Translations under genes and position numbers: made by a program | Notes under the pieces: model-generated | Told to the model about the DNA's origin: nothing | The model's database searches: none | The model's input: only the letters and a program-made list of their open reading frames with translations | Assembly (NCBI GenBank): GCA_052390235.1 | Contig: JBQTHB010000003.1 | Location: 128,001-192,000, forward strand | Direction of reading: 5' to 3' | DNA from: Deltaproteobacteria bacterium | GTDB lineage: Bacteria; Desulfobacterota_D; UBA1144; Nemesobacterales; CSP1-2 | DNA length: 64,000 nt | In this document: positions 39,820 to 49,732 of the stretch, in pieces | Layout: the number at the start of each line of letters is the position of its first letter | How positions within the stretch are numbered: the stretch's first letter is position 1

Positions 39820-41080
39820 ATCGTCTCAGGGCTTTGGCAAAATACCTGCGGAACTCAGAGGGGAGCATATTGGCGGCTCTGGCGAGCCTGCCTAGATGCT
39901 GCGCGTCTTCGAGGTCTTCGGCCTTGAGTTTAATCATATACTTCTCGGCGACTTCATAGGATTCGGTCTCGGTGTCAACGTAGCGGATTTTCGTAAGTCC
40001 GGTATTCGGGTCTCGGAGTTCGGCAAAGGGCATTGGGGTCATTTTTCCGTTTTGAATTGTTACCATCGCGCCGCTCCCGCCTTGGAGGAGGAATTTCACG
40101 GCGCTGTAACCGAGGTCGCGGGTGTATTTTGCATCAAACGGGATTGGCGGAGCCGAGCGCAGTTCATAGCCTATTCGCTTGTCAACGATTTTCGCCTCGA
40201 TTCCCTTTTCCCTTAGGCGAGAGGTCGTCTCCCGCTTCAGGAGCTTGCCAATGTCAACCTCCGAAAGCCTCACCCTTCCAAGCTCGTCTCTGTCCGTATC
40301 CAGCCGCTCGAAATCCCTCTCGTCGAGTTTGTCTATTATCCCCTCGGCTATGACGGCTACCCCGTCTTCGCGCCCCCCGGCGAGGCGCTTTATTACCGCC
40401 CCTTCGAGAACCGAAACCACCCTCTCAAGGGGAACTTTTCCCTCGCCGAATTCTTCGGGGATTATCGAGAGAGTCGCTCCCGCCGCTTTTCCGATACCGA
40501 GGGCGAGGTGTCCGGTTTTCCTGCCCATGGTGATGACCAAGTACCATCTGCTGGTGGTTTTCGCGTCCTCCATTATGTGCTGAACCACTCTCGCGCCGAT
40601 GTGGCGCGCGGTCTCGAACCCGAATGTAGGAATGTAGCCCGGAAGCGGGAGGTCGTTGTCAATGGTTTTGGGCGTATGGGCGATTTTAATTGCCCCCTCG
40701 GCTTCTCTGTGGATTTCGCCTGCCAGATACATCGTGCCGTCGCCGCCTATGGTGATGAGATATTTCACGCCGAGTTCCGTGAGCGCGCGGACGGTATTTT
40801 TCATCCTCTCGGGGGTTGATGCGGGATTTTCGCGGGAGATACCGATAATTGAGCCTCCAGCCAGGTGGATGCGCGATGTGTCTTCGATGCTGAGGCGGCG
40901 CACGCGGGATTTATCGCCCCTAGCGAGCCATTTAAATCCGTCTTGGATGCCTATGACACTCAAGCCCCGGTTGACGGCTTCGATGGCGGCGGCGGCGATG
41001 ACCCCGTTTATCCCCGGAGCGGGACCGCCGGCGACGACGATGGCTAAAATCTCGGGCGGTATATTTTTATCAGGCGTCAT
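39818..41080 (-). CDS. 6-phosphofructokinase (PPi-PFK-like sequence with GGDG motif)
   Basis: GGPAPGIN, GGDGT, PKTIDNDL, TFGFETA, MGR, GYELR. Confidence 0.92.
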   Translation of the reverse strand: MTPDKNIPPEILAIVVAGGPAPGINGVIAAAAIEAVNRGLSVIGIQDGFKWLARGDKSRVRRLSIEDTSRIHLAGGSIIGISRENPASTPERMKNTVRALTELGVKYLITIGGDGTMYLAGEIHREAEGAIKIAHTPKTIDNDLPLPGYIPTFGFETARHIGARVVQHIMEDAKTTSRWYLVITMGRKTGHLALGIGKAAGATLSIIPEEFGEGKVPLERVVSVLEGAVIKRLAGGREDGVAVIAEGIIDKLDERDFERLDTDRDELGRVRLSEVDIGKLLKRETTSRLREKGIEAKIVDKRIGYELRSAPPIPFDAKYTRDLGYSAVKFLLQGGSGAMVTIQNGKMTPMPFAELRDPNTGLTKIRYVDTETESYEVAEKYMIKLKAEDLEDAQHLGRLARAANMLPSEFRRYFAKALRR

Positions 41081-41146
41081 TGGAGGCGCTCCTTATGAGG
41101 ATGGAGATTTCACAGCTACAGGGGTATCCGTCCGATTCAAAGCGCC

Positions 41147-41842
41147 CTAGCCGTAGTGTTTCCCAAGCCGTCCGGCGCGGATGAATCCTTTTTTCTCGAA
41201 GAATTTGGCGAGCATCAGCCCGGCGACAAACCCCCCTATGTGCGCCCAAAAAGCCACCCCTCCCGCGTTGTCGGACTCAGCCAGAGATGCGAGACCGCCC
41301 AAGAACTGCATTCCGAACCAGATGAATAAAAACACCAAAGCCGGGATTTCAACCAGTTGTATGAAGAAAAATATCGGAACGAGGGTGAGAATCCTCGATT
41401 TCGGGAAGAATAGTATATAAGCCCCAAGCACGCCGGAGATTGCCCCGCTCGCCCCCACCATAGGGATTATTGAGTCCACATTGGATGCAATCTGCGCCGC
41501 CGCCGCTCCTAGCCCCGAGAGGAGATAAAACCCCAGATACTTGGCGTGGCCCATTCTGTCCTCGACGTTGTCCCCAAATATGTACAGGAATAGGACATTT
41601 CCCAGCAGATGAAGCCACCCGCCGTGCAGAAACATTGACGTAAAAAAAGGATAGATGCGAGCCGAAAGCTCACCGTCGGAGGAGAACACCGCCGCCGGCA
41701 CAAGCCCAAAATCCCCGATGAGGGCGTCAACATCGCTTCTAAGCGAGATTTCGTACAGAAAAACCACTACATTCAGGGCGATAATAGCCGTGTTTACGGC
41801 AGGGAAACTGCTTGAGGAGATTTTGTCCCGAAGCGGAATCAT
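41147..41842 (-). CDS. Rhomboid intramembrane serine protease
   Basis: FLHGGWLHLLGN, GASGA, AHIGGF. Confidence 0.95.
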   Translation of the reverse strand: MIPLRDKISSSSFPAVNTAIIALNVVVFLYEISLRSDVDALIGDFGLVPAAVFSSDGELSARIYPFFTSMFLHGGWLHLLGNVLFLYIFGDNVEDRMGHAKYLGFYLLSGLGAAAAQIASNVDSIIPMVGASGAISGVLGAYILFFPKSRILTLVPIFFFIQLVEIPALVFLFIWFGMQFLGGLASLAESDNAGGVAFWAHIGGFVAGLMLAKFFEKKGFIRAGRLGKHYG

Positions 41843-41941
41843 CGTGCGCTGGGATTATACATCATCGGGTGTTGGAGTTCAAAGGATTTGGGGAGGCGAC
41901 GGCGGCTTGGAGCGATTCGCATCTGCCAGCGCCCGGCCGCT

Positions 41942-43456
41942 CTAGCCCAATCCTATGAGCGGACAGATTGTCAGCACGGCTATCAGCACAACGAAGTAGC
42001 CGATAACGTCCACGAGAAATCCGTATTTAATCATCCTCGTTATGGGAATCAGCCCAGAGCTATAGACAATGGCGTTCGGGGGCGTGGACACGGGCAGCAT
42101 AAACCCGAAGCTCGCCCCGATGCCCGCGGCAAGCGCCGGAATCGTGGGATTGATGCCCGCCGACATCGCTATGGCAATGATGAGCGGAATGAGCATATTT
42201 GCCGCCGCGGTGTTTGAGGTCGCCTCCGAGAGAACTATGGCTAGAAACAGCCCCAGCGCGGTTATCGAGACGAGAGAATCCGCTCCGGTAAAGCCAACGA
42301 GGGCATTGCCTAGGTACTGGGCAAGTCCGGTTTTGAACATCATCCCTCCGAGCGAAATCCCTCCGCCGAACAGGAGAAGCACGCCCCAGTCTATCGCCAT
42401 CGCGTCTCTTAGGTCAAGTGTAAATTCCCTCTGCGTCCAGTTCACGGGGAGTATAAATAGAAACGCCGACGCCAGTATCGCCGCAACCGACTCCGGCAGG
42501 GACTTATCGAAGAATTTGCAAATCCCGGAGTCAGCCCCAAAGGCGAGGCTCAAAAACCCCGGAGCAACCCAAAGCCCTACGGCTACGGCAAAAACGATAA
42601 GCACGTTTATCTCCCCGCGGCGCCACCGCCCAAGTATCCGCCTCTCCTGGCTTATGAACTGCGAGAAAACCCCAAACTCACTCACCGGAGCGGGGCAGAT
42701 TCGGCTCATGTAAAGCCACAGAAACGCGAGCATCACCGCCGCTATCGGCAGTCCGAGCGTCATCCACTGTAAAAAGCCAATTTTCACTCCGGCAAGGGTG
42801 TCGAGCATCCCAAGCGTGATGAGATTCGGCGGAGAGCCGACGGGCGAGGCTATCCCCCCGATGGACGCCGAGTACGCGACTAGGAGCATTAAGCCCGTGC
42901 GGTATTCCCCGCCTCTCTCGCGTAGAACCGAGCCTAGCGCCCCCAGTATCCCAAGCACTATGGGAAACATCATCGCCGTCGTAGCGGAATTGCTCACCCA
43001 CATCGAGACCGCCGCCACAACTACGACAACCCCAAGCATAATGGACGATGCGCTAGCGCCGATGAATTTTATCGAGAGAATCCCAAGGGCGAGGCGGCGG
43101 TCAAGCCCCTGAGCAGTCATGGCTTTTGCAATAATGAAACTCCCGAGCATTAGAATTACGACCGGGTCTGCAAAAGTGGCATAGACGTTTTTCGCCGAAT
43201 CCACTCCGAGCAGAACCGCAAGCGTGGGTCCCAAGAGAGCGGCAACGGGAATCGGAACGCACTCGGTCATCCAGCACGTTATCGTAAAGCACACGACGGC
43301 GAGCAGGGCTTGAGCCTCCGGGGTTATCCCCCCGATGGGAGCAAAGTAGCAAATCAAAAATCCCAGAGGAGCGAGAAATGTACCCGCGGTTTTGCGCGCC
43401 CGCTCAAATTTCTCTTCCGCTTCGGTTATTGTCCCTTCGGGGTTTCGGCGCGTCAT
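41942..43456 (-). CDS. DASS/SLC13 sodium:dicarboxylate or sulfate symporter
   Basis: SNSAT, PVGSPPN, IDWGVLLLFGGG, SNTA, MLPVSTPPN. Confidence 0.93.
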   Translation of the reverse strand: MTRRNPEGTITEAEEKFERARKTAGTFLAPLGFLICYFAPIGGITPEAQALLAVVCFTITCWMTECVPIPVAALLGPTLAVLLGVDSAKNVYATFADPVVILMLGSFIIAKAMTAQGLDRRLALGILSIKFIGASASSIMLGVVVVVAAVSMWVSNSATTAMMFPIVLGILGALGSVLRERGGEYRTGLMLLVAYSASIGGIASPVGSPPNLITLGMLDTLAGVKIGFLQWMTLGLPIAAVMLAFLWLYMSRICPAPVSEFGVFSQFISQERRILGRWRRGEINVLIVFAVAVGLWVAPGFLSLAFGADSGICKFFDKSLPESVAAILASAFLFILPVNWTQREFTLDLRDAMAIDWGVLLLFGGGISLGGMMFKTGLAQYLGNALVGFTGADSLVSITALGLFLAIVLSEATSNTAAANMLIPLIIAIAMSAGINPTIPALAAGIGASFGFMLPVSTPPNAIVYSSGLIPITRMIKYGFLVDVIGYFVVLIAVLTICPLIGLG

Positions 43457-43602
43457 CGGAGGGAAAAACTACACTAAATTGAGCGGGTTTACGAGAACGG
43501 CGCGGGGGATATGGAGAAATTTGCCATGAAGGTGGTTAGGGCTTACAATTTGAGTCGCTATTTGTCATTGAGCATTGGAAATTGGCGGGCGGCGGAGGCG
43601 AG

Positions 43603-44094
43603 GTGAAGTTCCAGAAATTGAGAGCCGATATTGCAAAGAAGCTCCGTCCGGTCAAGCTCGTTCTCGTCAACGCCAATGTGTTCCCCCGCAATGATGAGCA
43701 ATCCGCCCCCCCGCCTGAAATTGCCGAGATGGCGAGGATGGGGGTTCAAGTCTCATGCTTCTCTAATGGGGAAATCAATATTAGCCCGCAGTCGCTAAAA
43801 CGCCTCGGAGTTGAAACAGAGTGCGAGACTGCCGCCTCATCCCTCGAATTCTACACCGGCATTAAAGTATTGCTCGCCCTTTCGGACTCGCAAATCGCCT
43901 TTCTGGGGAGGGATTTTTTCGATATGCCGATAATCGAGAGAGCCGCATTCGCGGTTGCAACGGCGGACGCTGCGCTTGAGGTCAAAGCCAAATCCTACTA
44001 CGCCGCCTACGGGGTGGGAGCCGCCGCCCTGGGGGAGTTAGCCGATTTGATACTCAGAGCGAAGAGAGCAAGCCATAGCGGGTTTTCTAAGTGA
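43603..44094 (+). CDS. Degenerate KdsC/YrbI-like HAD-fold protein
   Basis: VKLVLV, IAFLGRDFFDMP, AVATADA..EVK, GAAALGELADLIL; nucleophile motif reads NAN. Confidence 0.6.
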   Translation: MKFQKLRADIAKKLRPVKLVLVNANVFPRNDEQSAPPPEIAEMARMGVQVSCFSNGEINISPQSLKRLGVETECETAASSLEFYTGIKVLLALSDSQIAFLGRDFFDMPIIERAAFAVATADAALEVKAKSYYAAYGVGAAALGELADLILRAKRASHSGFSK

Positions 44095-44163
44095 AATCCG
44101 CGCGCCGCCGCCCGCAGTCCTCACAAATTTTCCCCTTACGCCCACTGTGATACAATTCCCCCA

Positions 44164-45306
44164 GTGGACTCATATGCCCTAACCAGCGCCGTCAAGAATA
44201 AAGCCCGTGAAATTGGATTCGATACCGTTGGCATCGCTCCTGCCGGGGCGTTTCCCGAAAGCCAGTTCTACAAGGAGTGGCTAGCCCGCGGGTTTGCCGC
44301 CGATATGAAATATATGGAAAGAGAGCCTCAGCGAAGGGAAGAGGTGAGGAATATAATGCCGGAAGCGGTATCGGTAATCTCCTGCGCGATGAACTATAAC
44401 GCCCCTCTACCGTATTCGACGCAATCCCAAAGCGCGCTCAAGGGGTGGATTTCTCGCTACGCATGGGGAGAGGACTACCACGAAATCCTAGAAGCAAAGC
44501 TCAAGGAACTGGCGGCATTTATTAAAGGGCTCGCCCGCCGCGAGGTGAAATCCCGCGTGTATGTTGATACTGGTCCCGTGCTTGAGAGGGTCTATGCCAA
44601 ACACGCAGGACTCGGATGGATAGGCAAAAACACCTGCCTGATAAATCAGAAAATCGGCTCGTGGACTCTCCTCGGCGAGATAATATGCGACATTGAACTC
44701 GAATACGATAGCCCCGCCGCGGCGCGGTGCGGGAGTTGCACGCGGTGTATTGACGCCTGCCCCACGGGAGCGTTGACGAAACCCTATGAGCTTGACTCGC
44801 GTCTGTGCATCTCGTATCTGACCATAGAGAACAAGGGCCAAATCCCCGCCGCGCTCAGGGAAGGGGTCGGCAGAAATGTCTATGGGTGCGACATCTGCCA
44901 AGACGTGTGCCCTTGGAACAAGAGGGCGACAACCTCTGATAATCCCTCATTCCAGCCGCGAGAGGGGCTATTCCACCCCGACCTGTCCGCTCTCGCCGCT
45001 TTATCAGACGAGGATTTCAGGCGGATATTTAAATCAAGCCCGGTAAAAAGGGCAAAGAGGCGAGGATTTATAAGAAACGTTCTCGTGGCAATGGGAAATT
45101 CAGGCGAGGGGGAATTTATCCCCCAAATAATCGCCCTGCTGGGCGACGCGGAGCCTCTTGTGCGGATGCACGCCGCCTGGGCGCTGTGGAAGATTCAGGG
45201 GAGCGACTGCCGCGAGGCTCTGGCATCGCATCTTGGCGGGGAAGAGGATTCGGGCGTGCGGGGCGAAATGGAATCGCTTCTAGCCCGAATCCAGTCCGGG
45301 GACTGA
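44164..45306 (+). CDS. queG: tRNA epoxyqueuosine reductase
   Basis: SRYAWGEDYH, VDTGPVLER, CGSCTRCIDACP, CISYLTIE, GCDICQDVCPWN. Confidence 0.97.
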   Translation: MDSYALTSAVKNKAREIGFDTVGIAPAGAFPESQFYKEWLARGFAADMKYMEREPQRREEVRNIMPEAVSVISCAMNYNAPLPYSTQSQSALKGWISRYAWGEDYHEILEAKLKELAAFIKGLARREVKSRVYVDTGPVLERVYAKHAGLGWIGKNTCLINQKIGSWTLLGEIICDIELEYDSPAAARCGSCTRCIDACPTGALTKPYELDSRLCISYLTIENKGQIPAALREGVGRNVYGCDICQDVCPWNKRATTSDNPSFQPREGLFHPDLSALAALSDEDFRRIFKSSPVKRAKRRGFIRNVLVAMGNSGEGEFIPQIIALLGDAEPLVRMHAAWALWKIQGSDCREALASHLGGEEDSGVRGEMESLLARIQSGD

Positions 45307-45314
45307 TGCGGCGG

Positions 45315-46061
45315 CTATACAGAAATCTCCATTAAATCCTCCGCCAAAATCACCTCGGCGGCGACGGCCCTGCGAATCTGGGGCAGAATATCCGACTCAT
45401 CGCAGATGGGATAGAGATGAGTTAAAACCACTCGCTTCACCCCAGACTCCTTAGCAATTCTCACGACCTCCGAGGGGGTGAGGTGATTCCTAGCCTTCAT
45501 CCCGTCCGGCAGGGAGCATTCGATGAGGAGCAGGTCAGCGCCCTCGGCAAGCTCGACTAGAGACGGGCAGTAGTCCGTATCGCCCGAATAGACTAGGGAT
45601 TTTCCCTCGGCTTCGATTCTGTAGGCGAGACTGCCCTCCGAATGAACGACCCTCTTGGCGGCGACGGTGAAATCCCCGAAGGAGAGAGCGCCCTCTGCGA
45701 TTTCACGGAGATTTAAACACTCAGGGTGTATCCAATCGCCATAAGCCTTCTCAAAGGCGGTAAAGAGCGTCTTTAGCCCCCTCGCGCCCCAGACCCAAAG
45801 AGGTTTTACTCTTTTTTCGCCGCGCGGATATTTAGTTGCAAATAGAAAAGGGATTAAATCCCCCGTGTGGTCGGGATGGAAGTGGGAGATAAATATGTGG
45901 TCAACCGCTAGGTAATTTGCCCCCACTTTCTCCAGCTTCCAAGTGGCGCCGGCGCCGCAGTCCAGCATGAGCGAGGATTTGGGCAGGGAGAGCAGGTACG
46001 CAGACGAGCCTCGCCGCAGGTATGGAACGCAGGTGCCCGAGCCTAGAATACGCAGTTTCAT
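45315..46061 (-). CDS. MBL-fold metallo-hydrolase (RNase Z-like)
   Basis: LGSG, DCG, HFHPDH, YSGDT, LTH. Confidence 0.88.
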   Translation of the reverse strand: MKLRILGSGTCVPYLRRGSSAYLLSLPKSSLMLDCGAGATWKLEKVGANYLAVDHIFISHFHPDHTGDLIPFLFATKYPRGEKRVKPLWVWGARGLKTLFTAFEKAYGDWIHPECLNLREIAEGALSFGDFTVAAKRVVHSEGSLAYRIEAEGKSLVYSGDTDYCPSLVELAEGADLLLIECSLPDGMKARNHLTPSEVVRIAKESGVKRVVLTHLYPICDESDILPQIRRAVAAEVILAEDLMEISV

Positions 46062-46087
46062 ATTCTCATTATATACCGCAGAGCCAG

Positions 46088-47644
46088 TTACGCCAAAGCC
46101 CTTTTCCTCTGGGATTGATGTTTTATCAGCGCCTCAATCCTCTTGGCAACCTGCTTTGAACCCTGAAACAGGGGTTTATTCCTGACCGATTCGGGAACGT
46201 CTATAACACTGAAGGCGACTCTAGCCGAAACTCCCGCGATTCTCAGGACATCGGACTGCTCAAGTTGGGCTTGAAGCCTGCCGACAAGCGACTGCGCCCC
46301 GCCCTTGTCAGCCTGCGCCACAATGTGATAGCTCGCCTCTTCTCCGCCGCCCGATAGATTGGGCAGGATAATATCCTCGGAGCGGATACAGTAGCAGAGT
46401 ATATTGCGAGCCTCCATCTGAGCGGCTTCGCTCAGCGCCCCGTTGAGGAGTTGCCGGTTGGACGTTCCCAAGCCGACGGTGATGAGGGCAATGGAGTCCC
46501 AAAGGCGGCTATTTTTTGTTATAAGGGGCGTGAGGAGGCGAGCTATGGAAAAAACGGGGAGCGTAAAATAAAACGCCGCACCGCAGGAATCTCCCCCCTC
46601 GAACCATATCCGCCCGCCCTGCTTCGATACCAATTCGCGGCAGGTTTCCATGGAAAATCCCAAATCGCCGGAGGTTTGGCGGGTATCGGCGCGCTCGCTA
46701 CTCGATGGGTCAGACGGAGGGGTTTTCATGACTGAGACGCAGATATAGTCTGGCTCGGAGCCTTGAATCTCGGCGCGGATAGCGACATCCACTCCCTCAG
46801 CGGAGGCGGCGCTTTGAGCCTCAATGAGATTAAACAGAATCTGCTTTACGGCTTTTGGGTCGCAGTAGCAGGCTGGCAGTTCGTCGGGAGCGCAAGAGGA
46901 CAAACGAAGCCGCCCTGCATCCGCCGAGGGATGAAGCCCCCCGAGCGCGTCGGCAATTATATCTCCAAGGCACACGCACTGTGGGACGCCCTCGATAGCG
47001 CCGGACACATCGGAGGTTGATTCCATAATGCCGCCCATTACGCTTTTGAGCCGGTTTACATTTTGCAGGGCAAGCTCCAGGTACGCGCGCTCTTCGGGGT
47101 TAATGCCGCCTCCCATGAGGGCGGTAATGAATTGGTTGAGTTGAGTCAGAGGGGATTGAATTTCGCGGGATATTTGGGAGAGAAACTGCTCTTTTGCCGT
47201 TATTTCCTGACGGCGGTTTCGCTCGAGTTCCACTAGGAACTTCTGCCGCTCGATGGCGTGGCTTATCGCGCGCTCAAGGAGTCTCGTATCAATGAGGCCT
47301 CTGATGAGATAATCCTGCGCGCCGGACTGAACGGCTTCGATGGCGAGAGTCTCGTCAGCCACTCCGGTAATTACCACAATGGGGATGTCCGGGGCTTTGG
47401 CTCTCGCCGAAATGAACGCGCTGACCCCTTCGGCGTCGGGGAGGGAAACATCGAGGAGGATTAGGTCAATCCCGCCGCCCGCAATGCGGCCCAAAGCCCC
47501 ATCGAAACGGTTGACCCATTCCAGAGAGAGCGATATGTTATTTATCTGCGTGAATAATTCGCGGATGTAGCGCGCGTCGTCAGGGCTTGCCCCCACCATT
47601 AGGACTTTCACTTTTGACCCCTTGCTCTTGAGCGTTAGACTCAT
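46088..47644 (-). CDS. Hybrid REC / histidine-kinase-like / GGDEF-like protein with degenerate motifs
   Basis: LILLDVSLPD, GAQDYL; H-box reads FLSQISREIQSPLT; GGRIW..FYFTLP. Confidence 0.75.
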   Translation of the reverse strand: MSLTLKSKGSKVKVLMVGASPDDARYIRELFTQINNISLSLEWVNRFDGALGRIAGGGIDLILLDVSLPDAEGVSAFISARAKAPDIPIVVITGVADETLAIEAVQSGAQDYLIRGLIDTRLLERAISHAIERQKFLVELERNRRQEITAKEQFLSQISREIQSPLTQLNQFITALMGGGINPEERAYLELALQNVNRLKSVMGGIMESTSDVSGAIEGVPQCVCLGDIIADALGGLHPSADAGRLRLSSCAPDELPACYCDPKAVKQILFNLIEAQSAASAEGVDVAIRAEIQGSEPDYICVSVMKTPPSDPSSSERADTRQTSGDLGFSMETCRELVSKQGGRIWFEGGDSCGAAFYFTLPVFSIARLLTPLITKNSRLWDSIALITVGLGTSNRQLLNGALSEAAQMEARNILCYCIRSEDIILPNLSGGGEEASYHIVAQADKGGAQSLVGRLQAQLEQSDVLRIAGVSARVAFSVIDVPESVRNKPLFQGSKQVAKRIEALIKHQSQRKRALA

Positions 47645-47713
47645 CTTCGCATTGCCCCCCTCTTATGAATATCTCTATTACGGATTTTGCCATAGGCTGA
47701 CACATCTGAAATT

Positions 47714-47729
47714 TGCAAAAGCCGTGCCA
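47714..47729 (-). promoter_or_regulatory. sigma54 (-24/-12) promoter
   Basis: Minus strand TGGCACGGCTTTTGCA matches TGGCACG-N4-TTGC; 69 nt upstream of the 47644 start. Confidence 0.85.
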
Positions 47730-47941
47730 TATCGAGCTATCCGCATAATTTCCCACAATTTCGTCCTATTTTTTTATTTATCAGCGCCGCGAATTCTCAT
47801 TACTAAGCAAAATTTGTCAGAATTCCCCTCGGCGAGATTACAAAAATAAGACGCCGCATTGCCAATAGGGCAAATATTTTTTAGAATTAAACTCGCCGCG
47901 CATCATAGAAGTTGCGCCGAAGCATCGAACGGAGTAGCTAA

Positions 47942-48709
47942 ATGAGCCGAATAATCACCCTGACCACCGATTTTGGCATAAAAGACCACTACGCAGGCTC
48001 GATGAAAGGGGCGGCCCTGTCGGTTAACCCCGGCGCTACAATAGTGGACATTACGCACGAAATCCCAAAATTCGATATTTTATGCGGGGCGTTTTCCCTA
48101 GGGGAGTGCTGCCGCCACTTCCCCAAAGGGACAATTCACATAGCCGTGGTTGACCCCGGCGTGGGGAGCGCGAGGAAACCCATAGCCGTGGACGCAGACG
48201 GAGATATTTTCATAGGCCCCGACAACGGGATTTTCACTTTTATTCTGCGCGAGGCGAAACGGCGCCGGGCGTTTGAAATATCTAATCCTAAATTCATGTC
48301 CTCATCGGTAAGCCAAACGTTTCATGGAAGGGATATATTCGCTCCGGCGGCGGCGCATATCTCCTTGGGAGCAGGCATAGAGGATCTGGGCGGGATAGTC
48401 GAGAAAACCGCCGAGATTTCAATACCCAAGCCGCGAATCCGAGGGGGCGAAATCCTGGGCGAGGTGATTTACACGGATTCTTTCGGAAACCTAGTTACGA
48501 ATATTCCATCCATCGCCATCCCCAGGGGCGCGAGGATTTACGCAGGCGACTCGCCGGCTCTTATAGAAGGGGTGTCAAAATCCTACGCCGAGGTCGGCAG
48601 GGGCGAATTACTCGCAATTATCGGAAGCGGCGGCTTTCTCGAAATCTCGGTGAATCAGGGCAGGGCGTCCGATGTGATAGGGGGCAAATCCATCAGGGTA
48701 TTAATCTAA
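47942..48709 (+). CDS. DUF62 SAM hydroxide adenosyltransferase-family protein
   Basis: TTDFG, VVDPGVG, GPDNG, TFHGRDIFAP, DSFGN. Confidence 0.9.
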   Translation: MSRIITLTTDFGIKDHYAGSMKGAALSVNPGATIVDITHEIPKFDILCGAFSLGECCRHFPKGTIHIAVVDPGVGSARKPIAVDADGDIFIGPDNGIFTFILREAKRRRAFEISNPKFMSSSVSQTFHGRDIFAPAAAHISLGAGIEDLGGIVEKTAEISIPKPRIRGGEILGEVIYTDSFGNLVTNIPSIAIPRGARIYAGDSPALIEGVSKSYAEVGRGELLAIIGSGGFLEISVNQGRASDVIGGKSIRVLI

Positions 48710-48866
48710 AACGGGCTCGGCGGCGCATATCTCCAGCGGAATCTATATTTCAGCTGAACGTAGCCTAAGAGGACTAGATTCCCATTTCCACGGGAATGAC
48801 AATTGAGACCGCCTGTACTGAGCCTGCCTAATGACTGGAGCAACAACCATTATTTCCCGCGCTAGA

Positions 48867-49235
48867 CTAATCCCCTGAGCGGATGCCCTGAAATATCAGA
48901 TGAGCGCAAATCCCGCCGACAACATCCGCAACCAAATCGAGCGGGTCGAAGGTTCTGCCGGCGGTGTAGGTTTGATGAAACTCGTCGCCGAATCCGTAGG
49001 CGGTCAAAAAGATGAGAGCCGCCGCCGCCATTGCCGCCTGACTTAGACGGATTTTAAGATTATTGAGCAGGTAATTAAAAATCGCGCCTAATCCAAAATA
49101 GATGAAAATGTGAATTAATTTATCTGGCAGGGGGGATGGGAACGGGAATTTGCTCGTCGGAATCGAGGATAGATAGAAAATAAACCCGCTGTAGAGAACT
49201 AATGCGGCGACTCCGACCCATGCGTTTTTCGTCAT
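48867..49235 (-). CDS. VanZ-family membrane protein
   Basis: IFYLSS, DKLIH, DEFHQ...GR, DLVAD. Confidence 0.88.
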   Translation of the reverse strand: MTKNAWVGVAALVLYSGFIFYLSSIPTSKFPFPSPLPDKLIHIFIYFGLGAIFNYLLNNLKIRLSQAAMAAAALIFLTAYGFGDEFHQTYTAGRTFDPLDLVADVVGGICAHLIFQGIRSGD

Positions 49236-49261
49236 TATATCTTAGATTGGAAACCGCTGCG

Positions 49262-49732
49262 CTACATTTTGTACTTGCCGAAACCCTCTGTGGGAATCCC
49301 CTCGAGGTTCTCGCCGGGGGTTTTCTCGGCCCTATCCTGTTTATTGGATTTGGCTATGACCTCGTCGTTGACAAAAATAGGAGAGCCAGTTCTGAGGGCT
49401 ATGGCTATGGCGTCGCTTGGGCGCGAGTCGAGAATATACTCTTCGCCGTCCCGCTTAAGGTGAATCTCGGCGTAAAATGTGTCGTTTCTCAAATCGGTAA
49501 TTTCCACCTTTGTTACCGCGAAATTCACGCTCTCAAGCATATTTTTGACCAAATCGTGGGTGAGGGGGCGTCCGCGGGGGGATTTTTCAAGCTCCATAGC
49601 AATTGAGCTTGCCTCCATAAATCCAATCCAAATCGGAAGCACCTTTTCCCCGGTAGCGTCTTTGAGGATAATTATCGGGGTGTTGGTAAATGGGTCTAGG
49701 GCGATGCCCGACACTTTCATCTCAAGAATCAT
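49262..49732 (-). CDS. Bifunctional nuclease family (DUF151)
   Basis: LPIWIG, RPLTHDL, DSRPSDAIAIA. Confidence 0.93.
   Translation of the reverse strand: MILEMKVSGIALDPFTNTPIIILKDATGEKVLPIWIGFMEASSIAMELEKSPRGRPLTHDLVKNMLESVNFAVTKVEITDLRNDTFYAEIHLKRDGEEYILDSRPSDAIAIALRTGSPIFVNDEVIAKSNKQDRAEKTPGENLEGIPTEGFGKYKM

Noticed and set aside
47942..48709. Fluorinase/chlorinase natural-product gene
   Set aside because: Length and FHGRD motif fit the widespread DUF62 SAM hydrolase; no biosynthetic cluster nearby
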